Assembly (NCBI GenBank): GCA_042408785.1 | Contig: JBHOQU010000039.1 | Coordinates: forward strand, 22,606 to 86,605 | Length of the DNA stretch: 64,000 nucleotides | Origin: Dehalococcoidia bacterium | GTDB taxonomy: Bacteria > Chloroflexota > Dehalococcoidia > JAUQQI01 | Reading direction: 5' to 3' | Shown: piece by piece, positions 9,012-19,553 of the stretch | Layout of the letters: every line of letters begins with the position of its first letter | How positions within the stretch are numbered: the stretch's first letter is position 1 | Program-made: the position numbers and the translations under genes | Notes under the pieces: generated by a model | Database searches by the model: none | Seen by the model: only the letters and a program-made list of their open reading frames with translations | What the model was told of the DNA's origin: nothing

Positions 9012-10052
9012 GTGGAAGTTACTCGGGGTAAAAAGGGCAGGTTGCTCACCGGAGACCGGCCCACGGGGAAACTGCACCTGGGGCATTACGTGGGCTCCCT
9101 GGAGAACCGGGTGAAGCTTCAGGACGAGTACGAGTGCTTTTTCCTCGTTGCCGATTACCACGCCCTGACCACCCGGCCCACCCGTCAGGATATCGCCGAA
9201 ATCCCCGAAAACATCCGGGAGATGGTCCTGGATTACCTGGCGGTGGGCATCGACCCGAGTAAAAGCACCATCTATATCCAGTCCCTGGTTCCGGAAGTGA
9301 CCGCCTTACACCTCCTCTTCTCGATGCTGGTCACCGTGCCCAGGCTCCAGCGGATCCCCACCATCAAGCAGATGGCCCGGGATGCCGGCCTCGAGGCGAT
9401 CCCCTACGGCCTGCTGGGCTATCCGGTCCTGCAGTCGGCCGACATCCTGATGGTCCGGGCCGAGGTGGTGCCCGTGGGCAAGGACAACGTGGCCCACGTG
9501 GAGCTGACGCGGGAGATTGCCCGCCGGTTTAACCACCTTTACGGCCGGGTCTTCCCGGAGCCCCAGGTGCTCCTGGGCCGCTCGCCCATTCTGCCCGGGA
9601 TCGACGGCCAGAAGAAGATGAGCAAATCCCTGGGCAACGCCATCTTCCTTTCGGACGATGAGCAGACGGTGACCCAGAAGGTGATGCGCATGTACACCGA
9701 CCCCCGGCGCATCCGGGCCGACATCCCGGGCCGAACCCGGGGCAACCCGGTCTTCATCTACCACGACCTCTTCAACTCCGACCGGGAGGAGGTGGAGGAC
9801 CTGAAGCGGCGCTACCGGCAGGGTCGGGTGGGGGATGTAGAGGTCAAGCAGAAGCTGGCCCGGGCCCTCAACCGGTTCCTGGAGCCCATCCGGCAGCGGC
9901 GGGCCGAGTTCGAAAGGCAGCCGGGCCTGGTGGAGGAGATCCTTATCGAGGGGAGCAAGGTGGCCCGGCGGGAGGCCCAGGAAACCCTCCGGCTGGCGGA
10001 GGAGGCCATGGGCCTGACTTACTTCCGGCGGCGGGAGGTTCCGGTCGGGTGA
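9012..10052 (+). CDS. trpS: tryptophan--tRNA ligase
   Basis: 346 aa. HIGH-type motif [14 protein letters not shown] present (KKMSKSLGN). RBS TAAGGAGGGG lies upstream of the GTG. Confidence 0.93.
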   Translation: MEVTRGKKGRLLTGDRPTGKLHLGHYVGSLENRVKLQDEYECFFLVADYHALTTRPTRQDIAEIPENIREMVLDYLAVGIDPSKSTIYIQSLVPEVTALHLLFSMLVTVPRLQRIPTIKQMARDAGLEAIPYGLLGYPVLQSADILMVRAEVVPVGKDNVAHVELTREIARRFNHLYGRVFPEPQVLLGRSPILPGIDGQKKMSKSLGNAIFLSDDEQTVTQKVMRMYTDPRRIRADIPGRTRGNPVFIYHDLFNSDREEVEDLKRRYRQGRVGDVEVKQKLARALNRFLEPIRQRRAEFERQPGLVEEILIEGSKVARREAQETLRLAEEAMGLTYFRRREVPVG

Positions 10053-11515
10053 GGCTACAACCCTCCCTGGGGCAGGTCCGGACCATGGCCGGGCCCGGCC
10101 GACTGGTTCCGGTTTACGCCGAGCTTCTGGCCGACCTGGAGACACCGGTTTCCGCCTACCTAAAGCTGGCCGCCGGCGAACCCTATGCATTCCTGCTGGA
10201 AAGCGTGGAGGGGGGCGAGCGGCTGGGCAGGTTCAGCTTCATCGGGGCCGGATTCCGGCAGGTCATCAGCGTCCGGGGCGAAGACCCCCTGCCCCGTCTG
10301 GCCGACCTGGTGGGCCGGCGGGAGGTGGTGCGGCTCCCGGGCCTGCCCCGGTTCGTGGGCGGGGCCATCGGTTACCTGGCCTACGACGCGGTCCGGTTCT
10401 TTGAGCCCAGGGTGGCCTTGCCGGAGGCCGACCCCCTCGGCCTGCCGGACGCCGTCTTTATGCTGGCGGACACGGTGCTGGTCTTCGACCACCTCAAGCA
10501 CCGGATGCTGGCCCTAAGCCTGGTGGGCGGCGACGGCGACGTCAGGGCGGAATACCTGAAGGCCGGGGAACGGATAGAGGCGGTGGTGGCCCGCCTGGAA
10601 CGGCCGGCCGGCCGGACGGCGGCCCTCAGGCTCTCCGGTCGGGGGGAGGTCGGGGAGGTGCCGGTGGCCTCGAATCTGACCCGGGAAGGCTTTACCCGAA
10701 TCGTAGAGCGTACCCTCGAATACATCCGGGCCGGGGACATCATCCAGGCGGTCCTTTCCCAGCGTTTCAGCCGGCCGACGGCCGCCGGGCCCCTGGCCAT
10801 TTACCGGGCCCTCCGGCACATTAACCCGTCGCCCTACATGTTCCTGCTGGCCCTGGGAGATTTTCACCTAATCGGGGCCTCCCCGGAGATGCTGGTCCGG
10901 GTCGAGGACGGCCTCATCGAAGTCCACCCCATCGCCGGCACCCGCCCCCGGGGCTTAAGCCCCGAGGAGGATGCGGCCCTGGAGGCCGAGCTGCGCTCCG
11001 ACGAGAAGGAGCGGGCCGAGCACATCATGCTGGTGGACCTGGCCCGTAACGATGTGGGGCGGGTGAGCGTGCCCGGAAGCGTGAAGGTTTCCCAGCTGAT
11101 GGAGGTAGAGCGGTACTCCCACGTGATGCACCTGGTCTCCCACGTGACCGGCCGGCTCCGGCCGGACCGGACCTGCTTCGACGCCCTGCGGTCGTGCTTC
11201 CCGGCCGGAACCCTTTCGGGGGCGCCGAAGGTCCGGGCGATGGAGATAATCTCGGAGCTCGAGCCGGAGCGGCGGGGCCCGTATGGGGGAGCGGTGGGCT
11301 ACGTGGGGTTCAACGGCAACCTGGATACGGCCATCACCATCCGGACCGTCATCTTGAAGGACGGGGTCGGGTACGTCCAGGCCGGGGCCGGCGTCGTGGC
11401 CGATTCCAGGCCCGAGGCCGAATACCAGGAGACCGTGAACAAGGCCCGGGCCCTCCTCCGGGCCATGGACCTGGCCGAGGAGCTTTCGGCCCTCGGGGCG
11501 GAGGCGGACCGGTGA
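10049..11515 (+). CDS. trpE: anthranilate synthase component I
   Basis: 488 aa with typical TrpE C-terminal chorismate-binding motifs ([19 protein letters not shown]). The start GTGA overlaps the trpS stop. An alternative ATG is at 10085. Confidence 0.92.
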   Translation: MRLQPSLGQVRTMAGPGRLVPVYAELLADLETPVSAYLKLAAGEPYAFLLESVEGGERLGRFSFIGAGFRQVISVRGEDPLPRLADLVGRREVVRLPGLPRFVGGAIGYLAYDAVRFFEPRVALPEADPLGLPDAVFMLADTVLVFDHLKHRMLALSLVGGDGDVRAEYLKAGERIEAVVARLERPAGRTAALRLSGRGEVGEVPVASNLTREGFTRIVERTLEYIRAGDIIQAVLSQRFSRPTAAGPLAIYRALRHINPSPYMFLLALGDFHLIGASPEMLVRVEDGLIEVHPIAGTRPRGLSPEEDAALEAELRSDEKERAEHIMLVDLARNDVGRVSVPGSVKVSQLMEVERYSHVMHLVSHVTGRLRPDRTCFDALRSCFPAGTLSGAPKVRAMEIISELEPERRGPYGGAVGYVGFNGNLDTAITIRTVILKDGVGYVQAGAGVVADSRPEAEYQETVNKARALLRAMDLAEELSALGAEADR

Positions 11516-12126
11516 TCCTGCTCATCGATAATTACGACAGCTTCACTTATAACCTCTATCAATACCTGTCGGAGCTGGGGGCCCGGGTGGAGGTGGTCCG
11601 AAACGACGAGGTTACCGTCGAGGAGGTGGAGGCCCTCCGGCCGGAAAAGGTGGTTATCTCCCCCGGCCCCTGCACCCCCCGGGAGGCCGGCATCTCCCTG
11701 GAGGTGGTCCGCCGGCTGGGTCCCCGGGTACCCATCCTGGGCGTCTGCCTCGGCCACCAGTGCATCGGGGAGGCCTTCGGCGGCCGGGTCGTCCGGGCCG
11801 ACGAGCTTTACCACGGCAAAACCTCCCCCATTTACCACGACGGTCGGGGAATTTTCCGGGGGGTGCCGAGCCCCTTCCGGGCCATCCGCTACCACTCCCT
11901 GGTGGTGGCCCCCGAAGGGCTCCCGGCCTGCCTGGAAGTCACCGCCCGGACGGAACGGGGGCTCATCATGGGACTGCGGCACCGGCGGTTCCCGGTGGAG
12001 GGGGTACAGTTCCACCCCGAGTCGATAATGACCGAGCACGGCAAAACCCTTTTAAGAAACTTTTTGGCCTACCGTCAGGAGGTAAGGGATGATTCGGGAA
12101 GCCATTGCCAAGATAACGGCCGGTGA
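11512..12126 (+). CDS. trpG: anthranilate synthase component II (glutamine amidotransferase)
   Basis: [19 protein letters not shown] start and GVCLGHQ catalytic Cys motif. The GTG overlaps the trpE stop. The longer ORF from 11194 is out-of-frame overlap with trpE. Confidence 0.9.
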   Translation: MILLIDNYDSFTYNLYQYLSELGARVEVVRNDEVTVEEVEALRPEKVVISPGPCTPREAGISLEVVRRLGPRVPILGVCLGHQCIGEAFGGRVVRADELYHGKTSPIYHDGRGIFRGVPSPFRAIRYHSLVVAPEGLPACLEVTARTERGLIMGLRHRRFPVEGVQFHPESIMTEHGKTLLRNFLAYRQEVRDDSGSHCQDNGR

Positions 12127-13117
12127 GAACCTCTCGGCCGACGAGGCGGCGGAAGTGATGGCCGAGATCATGGACGGGGCGGCCACCCCGGCCCAGATCG
12201 GGGCCTTCCTGGTCGGCCTGCGGATGAAAGGGGAAACGGCCGATGAGATCACGGGGATGGCCCGGGTGATGCGGGCCCGCTGCCGGCGGGTGGACGGCCT
12301 GACGGGGCTGGTGGACACCTGCGGCACGGGCGGCGACGGGTTCGGGACCTTTAACATTTCGACGGCCGCCGCCTTCGTGGCGGCCGGGGCGGGCCTTAAG
12401 GTGGCCAAGCACGGCAACCGGGCGATGTCCAGCCGGTGCGGGTCGGCCGACGTTTTAGAGGCCCTGGGGGTGAAGATCGACCTGGAGCCCGAGGAGGTGG
12501 CGGCCTGCATCCGGGAGGAGGGCATCGGCTTCCTCTTCGCCCCCATCTACCACCCGGCCATGAAGCACGCCGCCGGACCCCGCCGGGAGGTGGGCATCCG
12601 GACGGTGTTTAACTGGCTGGGCCCCCTCACCAACCCGGCGGGGGCCGAGTACCAGGTGCTGGGGGTTGCCGATGCCGCCGCCGCGCCCAAGCTGGCCCAG
12701 GCCCTCCAGAACCTGGGAACCCGGCGGGCCTTCGTGGTGCACGGCCACGACGGGGTGGACGAGGTCTCCATCAGCGCCCCCACCACCGTCTACGACGTCT
12801 CCCCCGACGGGATCCGGACGTTCGTCCTCAGCCCCGAGGAACTGGGGTTTAAGCGGGCAAGCCTGATGGAGGTGGCCGGGGGCACGGCGGCCCTCAACGC
12901 CGTCCTGGTGCGGGAGGTGCTTACCGGGGTGCCCGGACCCCGCCGGGACGTGGTGGTGCTGAATGCGGCCGCCGCCCTGGTGGTGGGGGGCGTGGCCGAA
13001 GACTTCCGGGAGGGGATAGAGCTGGCCCGTCGGTCCATCGACAGCGGGGCGGCCCAGGCCAAGCTCGAGGGCCTCATCAGCCGAAGCCGGATGCTCGGCC
13101 TGCCGAAGGGGTATTAG
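12089..13117 (+). CDS. trpD: anthranilate phosphoribosyltransferase
   Basis: 342 aa with CGTGGDG and KHGNRA motifs. Confidence 0.93.
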   Translation: MIREAIAKITAGENLSADEAAEVMAEIMDGAATPAQIGAFLVGLRMKGETADEITGMARVMRARCRRVDGLTGLVDTCGTGGDGFGTFNISTAAAFVAAGAGLKVAKHGNRAMSSRCGSADVLEALGVKIDLEPEEVAACIREEGIGFLFAPIYHPAMKHAAGPRREVGIRTVFNWLGPLTNPAGAEYQVLGVADAAAAPKLAQALQNLGTRRAFVVHGHDGVDEVSISAPTTVYDVSPDGIRTFVLSPEELGFKRASLMEVAGGTAALNAVLVREVLTGVPGPRRDVVVLNAAAALVVGGVAEDFREGIELARRSIDSGAAQAKLEGLISRSRMLGLPKGY

Positions 13118-13119
13118 CG

Positions 13120-13929
13120 GTGGCCGGCGACCGGGATACCCTTGCCCAGATCGTGGCCGCCGTCCGGCACCGGGTCGAGGACCGGGCGGCCCGCAACGGC
13201 CGGCAGGTGGAGCTGGCCGCTGCCGGTGCCCCCCCGCCCCGGGACTTCGCCGGGGCCCTGCGGGGGCCGGGCCTTTCGGTCATTGCCGAGGTTAAGTTTG
13301 CCTCCCCATCGGCCGGCCGGATCCGCCCGGAGGGGGACCTGGAAACCGTGGTGGCCGGGTACGTCTCGGCGGGGGCGGCGGCCCTCTCGGTCCTTACGGA
13401 GCCGGAATTCTTCGCCGGAAGCCTCGACCACCTGCGCCGGGCCCGGGAGCTCGCCGCCCGACTCGGTCGGCCCCTGCCGGTCCTTCAGAAGGACTTTATC
13501 GTGACCGAGTATCAGCTCTACGAGGCCCGGGCGGCCGGAGCCGATGCGGTCCTGCTCATCGCGGCGGCCCTGAAGCCCCCCGAACTGGGACGGCTGCTTC
13601 GCCTGGCCCACGACCTGGGGCTGGCCGCCCTGGTGGAGGTCCATACCGAGGCCGAGCTGGATGCGGCCCTGGCCGCCGGGGCCCGAATCGTCGGGGTGAA
13701 CAACCGGAACCTGAGAACCCTCAAGGTGGACCTTGAGACCTGCCTGAGCCTTCGGCCCAGGATTCCGCCGGGGGTTGTGGCGGTGGCCGAAAGCGGGGTA
13801 AGGACCCCCGACGACGTGCGGCGGGTGGCGGCCGCCGGCTACGACGCCGTTCTGGTCGGCGAGGCCCTGATGCGGGCGCCGGACCCCGGCCGGGCCCTGG
13901 CGGGGCTGGTTGGGGCGGTGAGGGTCTGA
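13120..13929 (+). CDS. trpC: indole-3-glycerol-phosphate synthase
   Basis: 269 aa with VIAEVKFASPS and VNNRNL motifs. Confidence 0.92.
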   Translation: MAGDRDTLAQIVAAVRHRVEDRAARNGRQVELAAAGAPPPRDFAGALRGPGLSVIAEVKFASPSAGRIRPEGDLETVVAGYVSAGAAALSVLTEPEFFAGSLDHLRRARELAARLGRPLPVLQKDFIVTEYQLYEARAAGADAVLLIAAALKPPELGRLLRLAHDLGLAALVEVHTEAELDAALAAGARIVGVNNRNLRTLKVDLETCLSLRPRIPPGVVAVAESGVRTPDDVRRVAAAGYDAVLVGEALMRAPDPGRALAGLVGAVRV

Positions 13930-14570
13930 TGGGCGGGCTGCTGGTGAAAATCTGCGGCCTCAAGAGCCGGGCCGACCTGGAGGCGGCCCGGGAGGCCGGA
14001 GCCGACTTTGTCGGGTTTGTTTTCGCCCCCAGCCGGCGGCAGGTAACCCCCGCCCAGGTGCGGGCCATCGTCGACGGCCTCAACCCGAAGGGGCGGCCGT
14101 GGCTGGTGGGCGTTTTCGTTAACCCGGACCCTGCCGAACTGGAGGAGATTATCGACCTCTGCCGGCTGGACCGGGTTCAGCTGAGCGGGAGCGAACCGCC
14201 CGAGCTTTGCCGGCGGCTGCGGGTCCCGGTCTGGAAGACCGTCCACCTGGCCGGGCCGGCGGCGCTGGCCGCCGTCGACCGGTATGCCGGCCTGGTGGAG
14301 TTTCTTCACCTGGACGCCCACGTCCCCGGGCGGTACGGTGGGACGGGCACCACCGCCGACTGGGACCTTGCCGCCCAGGTGGCCCGGGCCCACCCGGTCA
14401 TCCTGGCCGGGGGCCTCACCCCGGAGAATGTGGCGGCGGCGGTGGGGCTGGTCCGGCCGGCCGGGGTGGACGTCTCCAGCGGGGTGGAGACGGGTGGGGT
14501 TAAGGACCCGGCAAAGATTCGGGCGTTCGTTCGGCGGGCGCGGGACGCCACCCTGGTGTTAAAACAATAA
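13929..14570 (+). CDS. trpF: phosphoribosylanthranilate isomerase
   Basis: 213 aa starting VKICGL, with DVSSGVE near the C-terminus. TGATG overlap with trpC. Confidence 0.9.
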   Translation: MGGLLVKICGLKSRADLEAAREAGADFVGFVFAPSRRQVTPAQVRAIVDGLNPKGRPWLVGVFVNPDPAELEEIIDLCRLDRVQLSGSEPPELCRRLRVPVWKTVHLAGPAALAAVDRYAGLVEFLHLDAHVPGRYGGTGTTADWDLAAQVARAHPVILAGGLTPENVAAAVGLVRPAGVDVSSGVETGGVKDPAKIRAFVRRARDATLVLKQ

Positions 14571-14588
14571 GCGGGTGGTCCGAGGTCT

Positions 14589-15773
14589 ATGACTTCCGCA
14601 CCGGAACAGCTGCCCGACGGGCGCGGCCGTTTCGGCCGGTTCGGCGGCCGCTACGTTCCCGAGACCCTTATCCCGGCCCTTCAGGAGCTGGAGGCGGCCT
14701 ACGAGTGGTTTCGGGGAGACCCGGCCTTCCGGGCCGAGCTGGAATACTACCAGCGCCACTACATCGGCCGACCCACCCCCCTCTACCACGCCCGCCGGCT
14801 CGGGGACCGGGCCGGGGCCGCCATCTACCTCAAGCGGGAAGACCTGGCCCACACCGGGGCCCACAAGATAAACAACGCCCTGGGGCAGGCCCTCCTGGCC
14901 CGGCGGCTGGGCAAACGGCGGGTGGTGGCCGAGACGGGGGCGGGCCAGCACGGGGTGGCCGCCGCCACCGTCTGCGCCATGCTCGGCCTCGAGTGCGTCG
15001 TCTACATGGGAGCCGAGGACGTGCGCCGGCAGGCGCTAAATGTCCGCCGGATGCGGCTGCTGGGGGCCGATGTCCGGCCGGTGACGGCCGGCAGCCAGAC
15101 CCTCAAAGACGCCATTAACGAGGCCATCCGGGACTGGGTAACCAACGTCCGCACCACCTACTATCTCATCGGCAGCGTGGTCGGGCCCCACCCCTACCCC
15201 CGAATCGTCCGGGACTTCCAGGCCGTTATCGGGCAGGAGGCCCGGGCCCAGATCCTGGCGCTGGCCGGGCGCCTACCCGACTACGTGGTGGCTTGTGTGG
15301 GGGGCGGAAGCAACGCCATCGGCATCTTTTACGGGTTCTTGCAGGACTCGGGGGTCAGGCTGGTGGGGGTTGAGGCCGGGGGCCTGGGCCTGGGGACGGA
15401 GGCCCACGCCGCCAGCCTGGTGGGCGGCCGGCCCGGGGTCCTTCACGGCGCCTACACCTACGTCTTGCAGGACGAGGCCGGCCAGATCCGGGAGACCCAC
15501 AGCGTGGCCCCGGGCCTGGACTACCCGGGGGTGGGACCTGAGCACGCCTTTCTTAAAGAGAGCGGCCGGGTAACTTACGTGACGGTTGATGACCAGGCCG
15601 CCCTGGCTGCCTTCCGGACCCTGGCCGAGACCGAGGGCATCCTGCCGGCCCTGGAGGCGGCCCACGCCCTGGCCTACGCCCTGGAGCTGGGCCGAAGGGA
15701 GCCGGGCCGGCTGATCCTGGTCAACCTGAGCGGCCGGGGGGATAAGGACCTGGACTTAGTCCCGCTGGAGTGA
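14589..15773 (+). CDS. trpB: tryptophan synthase beta chain (TrpB1 type)
   Basis: 394 aa with [16 protein letters not shown] (PLP lysine), GGGSNAIG and NLSGRGDKD. Confidence 0.95.
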   Translation: MTSAPEQLPDGRGRFGRFGGRYVPETLIPALQELEAAYEWFRGDPAFRAELEYYQRHYIGRPTPLYHARRLGDRAGAAIYLKREDLAHTGAHKINNALGQALLARRLGKRRVVAETGAGQHGVAAATVCAMLGLECVVYMGAEDVRRQALNVRRMRLLGADVRPVTAGSQTLKDAINEAIRDWVTNVRTTYYLIGSVVGPHPYPRIVRDFQAVIGQEARAQILALAGRLPDYVVACVGGGSNAIGIFYGFLQDSGVRLVGVEAGGLGLGTEAHAASLVGGRPGVLHGAYTYVLQDEAGQIRETHSVAPGLDYPGVGPEHAFLKESGRVTYVTVDDQAALAAFRTLAETEGILPALEAAHALAYALELGRREPGRLILVNLSGRGDKDLDLVPLE

Positions 15774-15776
15774 GGG

Positions 15777-16577
15777 ATGAGCCGGATCGACGAGCTCTTT
15801 GGCCGGCTTAAGGCCGAAGGCCGACTGGGCCTCTTTATGTACCTCACCGTCGGCTACCCGGACCTTACGGCCGGCCGGGAGCTGGCCCGGATGGTTCTGG
15901 ACGCTGGGGCGGACCTGCTGGAGCTGGGGATTCCCTTCAGCGACCCCCTCGCCGACGGGGCCACCATCCAGCGGGCCAGCCACCGGGCCCTCCAGGCCGG
16001 GACCCGGCCCGAGGATCTCCTGGACCTGGCCGCCGGCCTCCGGGCGGCCGGGTACACCCAGCCCCTGGTGGTGATGACCTATTTTAACCCCGTGCTGGCC
16101 CGGGGGGAGGAACGTTTCTGCGCCGAGCTGGCCGCGGCCAGAATCGACGGCCTGATCATTCCCGACCTGCCCCCCGACGAGGCCGAAGGACTGCGGGCGG
16201 CGGCCCGGGCCCGCGGCCTGGACCTGGTCTTCCTGGCGGCCCCCAATTCGCCCCCGGACCGCCTCAAGCAGGTGGCCGGGGCGTCTTCAGGCTTTCTTTA
16301 CTGCGTGAGCCTCACCGGGGTTACTGGGGCGCGGGATACCCTGCCCCCGGGGTTGGGGCAATTTCTGGGCCGGGTTCGGGCCGTCTCGGCCCTCCCCCTG
16401 GCGGTGGGCTTCGGAATCTCCCGGCCGGAGCAGGTGCGGGCGCTGCGGGGCCTGGCCGACGCCGTCGTGGTGGGCAGCGGCCTCATCGACCGGGTTGAGG
16501 GGACGCCTCCGGAGCGGTGGGGGGTGGAGGTGCGGGGCTACGTGCGGGCGCTGCGGGCCGCAACCGCCCCGGACTAG
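15777..16577 (+). CDS. trpA: tryptophan synthase alpha chain
   Basis: 266 aa with [13 protein letters not shown] and [10 protein letters not shown] motifs. Confidence 0.93.
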   Translation: MSRIDELFGRLKAEGRLGLFMYLTVGYPDLTAGRELARMVLDAGADLLELGIPFSDPLADGATIQRASHRALQAGTRPEDLLDLAAGLRAAGYTQPLVVMTYFNPVLARGEERFCAELAAARIDGLIIPDLPPDEAEGLRAAARARGLDLVFLAAPNSPPDRLKQVAGASSGFLYCVSLTGVTGARDTLPPGLGQFLGRVRAVSALPLAVGFGISRPEQVRALRGLADAVVVGSGLIDRVEGTPPERWGVEVRGYVRALRAATAPD

Positions 16578-16780
16578 GCATCGCCCGGGCCGGGGCCCTG
16601 GGGCGGCCCCGGTTCCTTGGTCTCCTGGGTCGGAAGCCGTTCCTCGCCCCGGACGGAGCGCTGAAACTCCCGCAGGCCCGTTCCCAGGGCCTTCCCCAGG
16701 TCCGGCAGTTTGCCCGGACCGAAGACAATCAGGGCGATGACCAAGATTATTAAAAGCTCGGGTATTCCCAGGTTAGGCAC
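16574..16780 (-). CDS. tatA: twin-arginine translocase TatA/E family protein
   Basis: [29 protein letters not shown] is a classic TatA N-terminus. GTG start with GGAGG 7 nt upstream. The longer ORF to 16840 lacks an RBS. Confidence 0.85.
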   Translation of the reverse strand: MPNLGIPELLIILVIALIVFGPGKLPDLGKALGTGLREFQRSVRGEERLPTQETKEPGPPQGPGPGDA

Positions 16781-16820
16781 GCTTTCTACCTCCGTCTGGT
16801 CGGCCGTTTCCCCGCCCGGC

Positions 16821-17069
16821 TCAGGGGCTCCGGTCACCAATCAGACAAAAGCCTAGAAGCCCGACTTCCAGGAGGAAAACGCCCACCCCGAACCCGACGA
16901 CCCAGCCGGCATTTTCGGCCAGCACCTGGTAGCCGACCGCGCCCAGCACCGTGCAGAGCCCCAGGAAAAGATAGGCGATGAGCTCCCAGCGCCGCGACTT
17001 TCGGGCCGGCGGCCGCGGCGGGGCCGGCTCCGGCGCGGCGGGAGCTTTGACTTCAGGTAGTCGGGTCAT
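16821..17069 (-). CDS. small membrane protein (2 TM), hypothetical
   Basis: 82 aa. Pro/Ala-rich N-terminus, then two hydrophobic helices. ATGA overlap with the upstream IclR stop. Confidence 0.5.
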   Translation of the reverse strand: MTRLPEVKAPAAPEPAPPRPPARKSRRWELIAYLFLGLCTVLGAVGYQVLAENAGWVVGFGVGVFLLEVGLLGFCLIGDRSP

Positions 17070-17896
17070 TGGGCCGTAATCCCGCCCGCCGGGGCCTCAA
17101 CGGCGCCGTCGGCCTTAAGGGCGGCCGACAGACCCGCGGCCGCCCGGCGCAGCGCCCCCAGCACCCCCTCGGCCTCCTGAAACCTGAGCCGCCGGGCCGG
17201 GGCGGCCACCCCCAGGGCCGCCGCGTGGCGGTCGCCCAGGGGCACCGGGACGGCCAGGGCCCGAACCCCGGGGCTGAACTCCTCGTCCTCGGCGGCAAAA
17301 CCCCGGACCCGAACCTCCTCCAGCTGACGGCGGAGGACGTCGGGGGTGGTAACCGTCCGGTCGGTGTAGGCCCGAAGGGTGGCCCGGCCGAGCCATACGG
17401 CCAGTCGGTTGGGCGGCCAGAATGCCAGCAGCGCCTTGCCCACGGCGGTGGCGTGGAGGGGCAAGAGCTGCCTGGGGCCCAAGGTTACCCGGAGCCAGTC
17501 TTCGGCCTCGGCCGCGGCCACCACGAAGGCCGAATCGTACTTAGCAACGGCGACGAAGGCCGTCTCGCCCACCTCGTCCCGCAGCCGGCGAACGGCCTCT
17601 TCGGCCTGGGGACCCAGTAGCCGGTCCGGGCCACAGTCCAGGGTAAGCCGGAGGAGGGCGGGCCCCACCGTGTAGCGGCCGGTGGCCGGGTCCTGGGCGA
17701 TGAAGCCGGCCCGGACCAGGCTGCGGCAGAGGCGGTGGGCGGTGCTGGGGGGCAGGCCCAGGGTGCGCGCGAGCTGGACGATACCGATAGGCTCCTGGGC
17801 CGAACTCAAAAGCTCCAGCAGGTCCACGGCCCGCAGGACAGAGCGGACCAGGCCGCCTTCCACGCTGGCGAATTGGTCGGTCCTTTTGGCGGACAT
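17066..17896 (-). CDS. IclR-family transcriptional regulator
   Basis: 276 aa. N-terminal winged-HTH pattern (VLRAVDLLELL...IGIVQLARTLGLPPSTAHRL) and a C-terminal IclR effector-domain pattern. Confidence 0.85.
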   Translation of the reverse strand: MSAKRTDQFASVEGGLVRSVLRAVDLLELLSSAQEPIGIVQLARTLGLPPSTAHRLCRSLVRAGFIAQDPATGRYTVGPALLRLTLDCGPDRLLGPQAEEAVRRLRDEVGETAFVAVAKYDSAFVVAAAEAEDWLRVTLGPRQLLPLHATAVGKALLAFWPPNRLAVWLGRATLRAYTDRTVTTPDVLRRQLEEVRVRGFAAEDEEFSPGVRALAVPVPLGDRHAAALGVAAPARRLRFQEAEGVLGALRRAAAGLSAALKADGAVEAPAGGITAQ

Positions 17897-18060
17897 CCTC
17901 CAATCCCTCCCGGGCGGGGTCTGCTTCTTCCCTTCGGAAGGGATTTTGGATGAGGAAGGCTTAAGGGGGTCTAAAAAATCGGGCGGTGGCCGTCAAAATT
18001 TTCTTAAGATTCCGTCAAACGGTACAGAGCCGGCCGGGGAGCCCTCCGCCGCCGGCCCTT

Positions 18061-18180
18061 CTATTTGCGGCCCCGGAGCCAGCGGAAGAGCTCCCAAGCG
18101 CCGACCCCCAGACCGCTGGCTAAAATGACGGCGGCGGTCAGCCACTCCCGGTTGCGCAGAAACCAGTCAACTAACGGCAC
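18061..18180 (-). CDS. possible 39-aa single-TM micro-protein
   Basis: Not in the ORF track (<60 aa). GTG preceded by GGGGGAAGG. Reads VPLVDWFLRNREWLTAAVILASGLGVGAWELFRWLRGRK*. Confidence 0.3.
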   Translation of the reverse strand: MPLVDWFLRNREWLTAAVILASGLGVGAWELFRWLRGRK

Positions 18181-18263
18181 CGGCCTTCCCCCTCAGACTT
18201 ACACGATTGTATACTTTCTTTACCCGGGCCGGCATTCACCGGTACCCTCGCCCGGAGTTGAAC

Positions 18264-19511
18264 GTGGCCCAAGCTTCACCAGGCCCCCTCGGCCGGCTTC
18301 TGGCCGGCCTCGGGAGGGCCTTCGAGGCGCTGAAGGTTCGCAACTACCGGCTGTTTTGGCTGGGCCAGCTCGTGTCCCAGATGGGCACCTGGGTCCAGCG
18401 GGTGGCCCAGGCGTGGCTGGTGCTGACCCTGACCGATTCACCCCTGGCCCTGGGCACGGTGACGGCCCTGCAGTTCCTGCCCATCCTCTGCTTCTCGCTG
18501 GTGGGCGGCATGCTGGCCGACCGGGTTCCCAAGCGCCGGCTCCTGCTGGTCACCCAGAGCCTGATGGCCTGCCAGGCCCTGCTTCTCGCCGCCCTCACCG
18601 CTTTCGGGGTCATCCGGCTGTGGCACATCTACGCCCTGGCCTTTTTCCTGGGCCTGGTCAACGCCCTGGATAACCCTGCCCGCCAGTCCTTCGTCCCCGA
18701 GCTGGTGGGTCGGGGCCAGGTCCCCAACGCGGTGGCCCTCAACTCAATGGTGTTCAACGTCTCCCGCATTCTGGGCCCCAGTATCGGGGGCTTCGGGGTG
18801 GCTGCGGTGGGGTTTGCCGGGTGCTTCTTCGCCAACGCCCTGAGCTTCCTGGCCACCATCGGGGCCCTGATACTTATGGACCCCAAACGGTTCTTCGTCG
18901 CCGGGAACGGCGGGCGCCGGCGGGCCGCCGGCCTGGGGCCGGCCCTCCGCTACGCCGTGACGACGCCGACGGTACTGACCGTGATTATCTTGCTCGCCTT
19001 GGTGGGGACCTTCGGCTACAACTTTACGGTGGTCCTGCCCCTGGTGGCCCGCTACGTGGTGGGGGTGGGGGCGGCCGGGTTCGGCCTGATGACCGGCGCC
19101 ATGGGGGTGGGGTCCGTTCTGGCGGCCCTCTGGCTCGCCTACCAGCGGCGGCCTACTTTGCGCCGGCTCCTGGCCGGGGCTGCGGCCTTCTCCCTGTTCC
19201 TGCTGATGGTGGCCTTTTCCCGGGTTTTTATCCTGACCCTGGGTCTGCTGGTCCTGCTGGGCTTTGCCAGCGTCTTCTTCACGGCCAACGCCCAGACCCT
19301 GCTGCAGCTGGCGGCCCCGGACGAGCTGCGGGGTCGGATTATGAGCCTGTACACCCTGCTTTTCCTGGGAACAACCCCCATCGGCAGCTCCTTTGTGGGG
19401 GCGGTGGCCGAGGGGTGGGGGGTGCAGGCCGCCGTGGCAATAGCCGCCGGCCTCTGCTGGGTCGGGGTTGCGGCCGCCTTTGCCTACGCCCGCCGCTGGC
19501 AGGCCGCCTAG
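18264..19511 (+). CDS. MFS transporter (EntS/DUF894-like subfamily)
   Basis: About 12 hydrophobic helices. NYRLFWLGQLVSQMGTW start region. GTG at 18264 with GGAG 6 nt upstream. The TTG at 18207 lies inside a TATACT -10-like element. Confidence 0.8.
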   Translation: MAQASPGPLGRLLAGLGRAFEALKVRNYRLFWLGQLVSQMGTWVQRVAQAWLVLTLTDSPLALGTVTALQFLPILCFSLVGGMLADRVPKRRLLLVTQSLMACQALLLAALTAFGVIRLWHIYALAFFLGLVNALDNPARQSFVPELVGRGQVPNAVALNSMVFNVSRILGPSIGGFGVAAVGFAGCFFANALSFLATIGALILMDPKRFFVAGNGGRRRAAGLGPALRYAVTTPTVLTVIILLALVGTFGYNFTVVLPLVARYVVGVGAAGFGLMTGAMGVGSVLAALWLAYQRRPTLRRLLAGAAAFSLFLLMVAFSRVFILTLGLLVLLGFASVFFTANAQTLLQLAAPDELRGRIMSLYTLLFLGTTPIGSSFVGAVAEGWGVQAAVAIAAGLCWVGVAAAFAYARRWQAA

Positions 19512-19553
19512 ACATCGGGACACCGAGGACCCGGGCGGGTTCTTCTGGCGGAG

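Noticed and set aside
11194-11511. Long N-terminal extensions of the trpG, prs (49657-49962), pepA (52333-52416), tatA (16781-16840) and methyltransferase (56677-56976) ORFs
   Set aside because: The extensions are Arg/Gly/Pro-rich and overlap neighbouring genes out of frame. Internal starts with GGAGG-type RBS coincide with the beginning of family homology.
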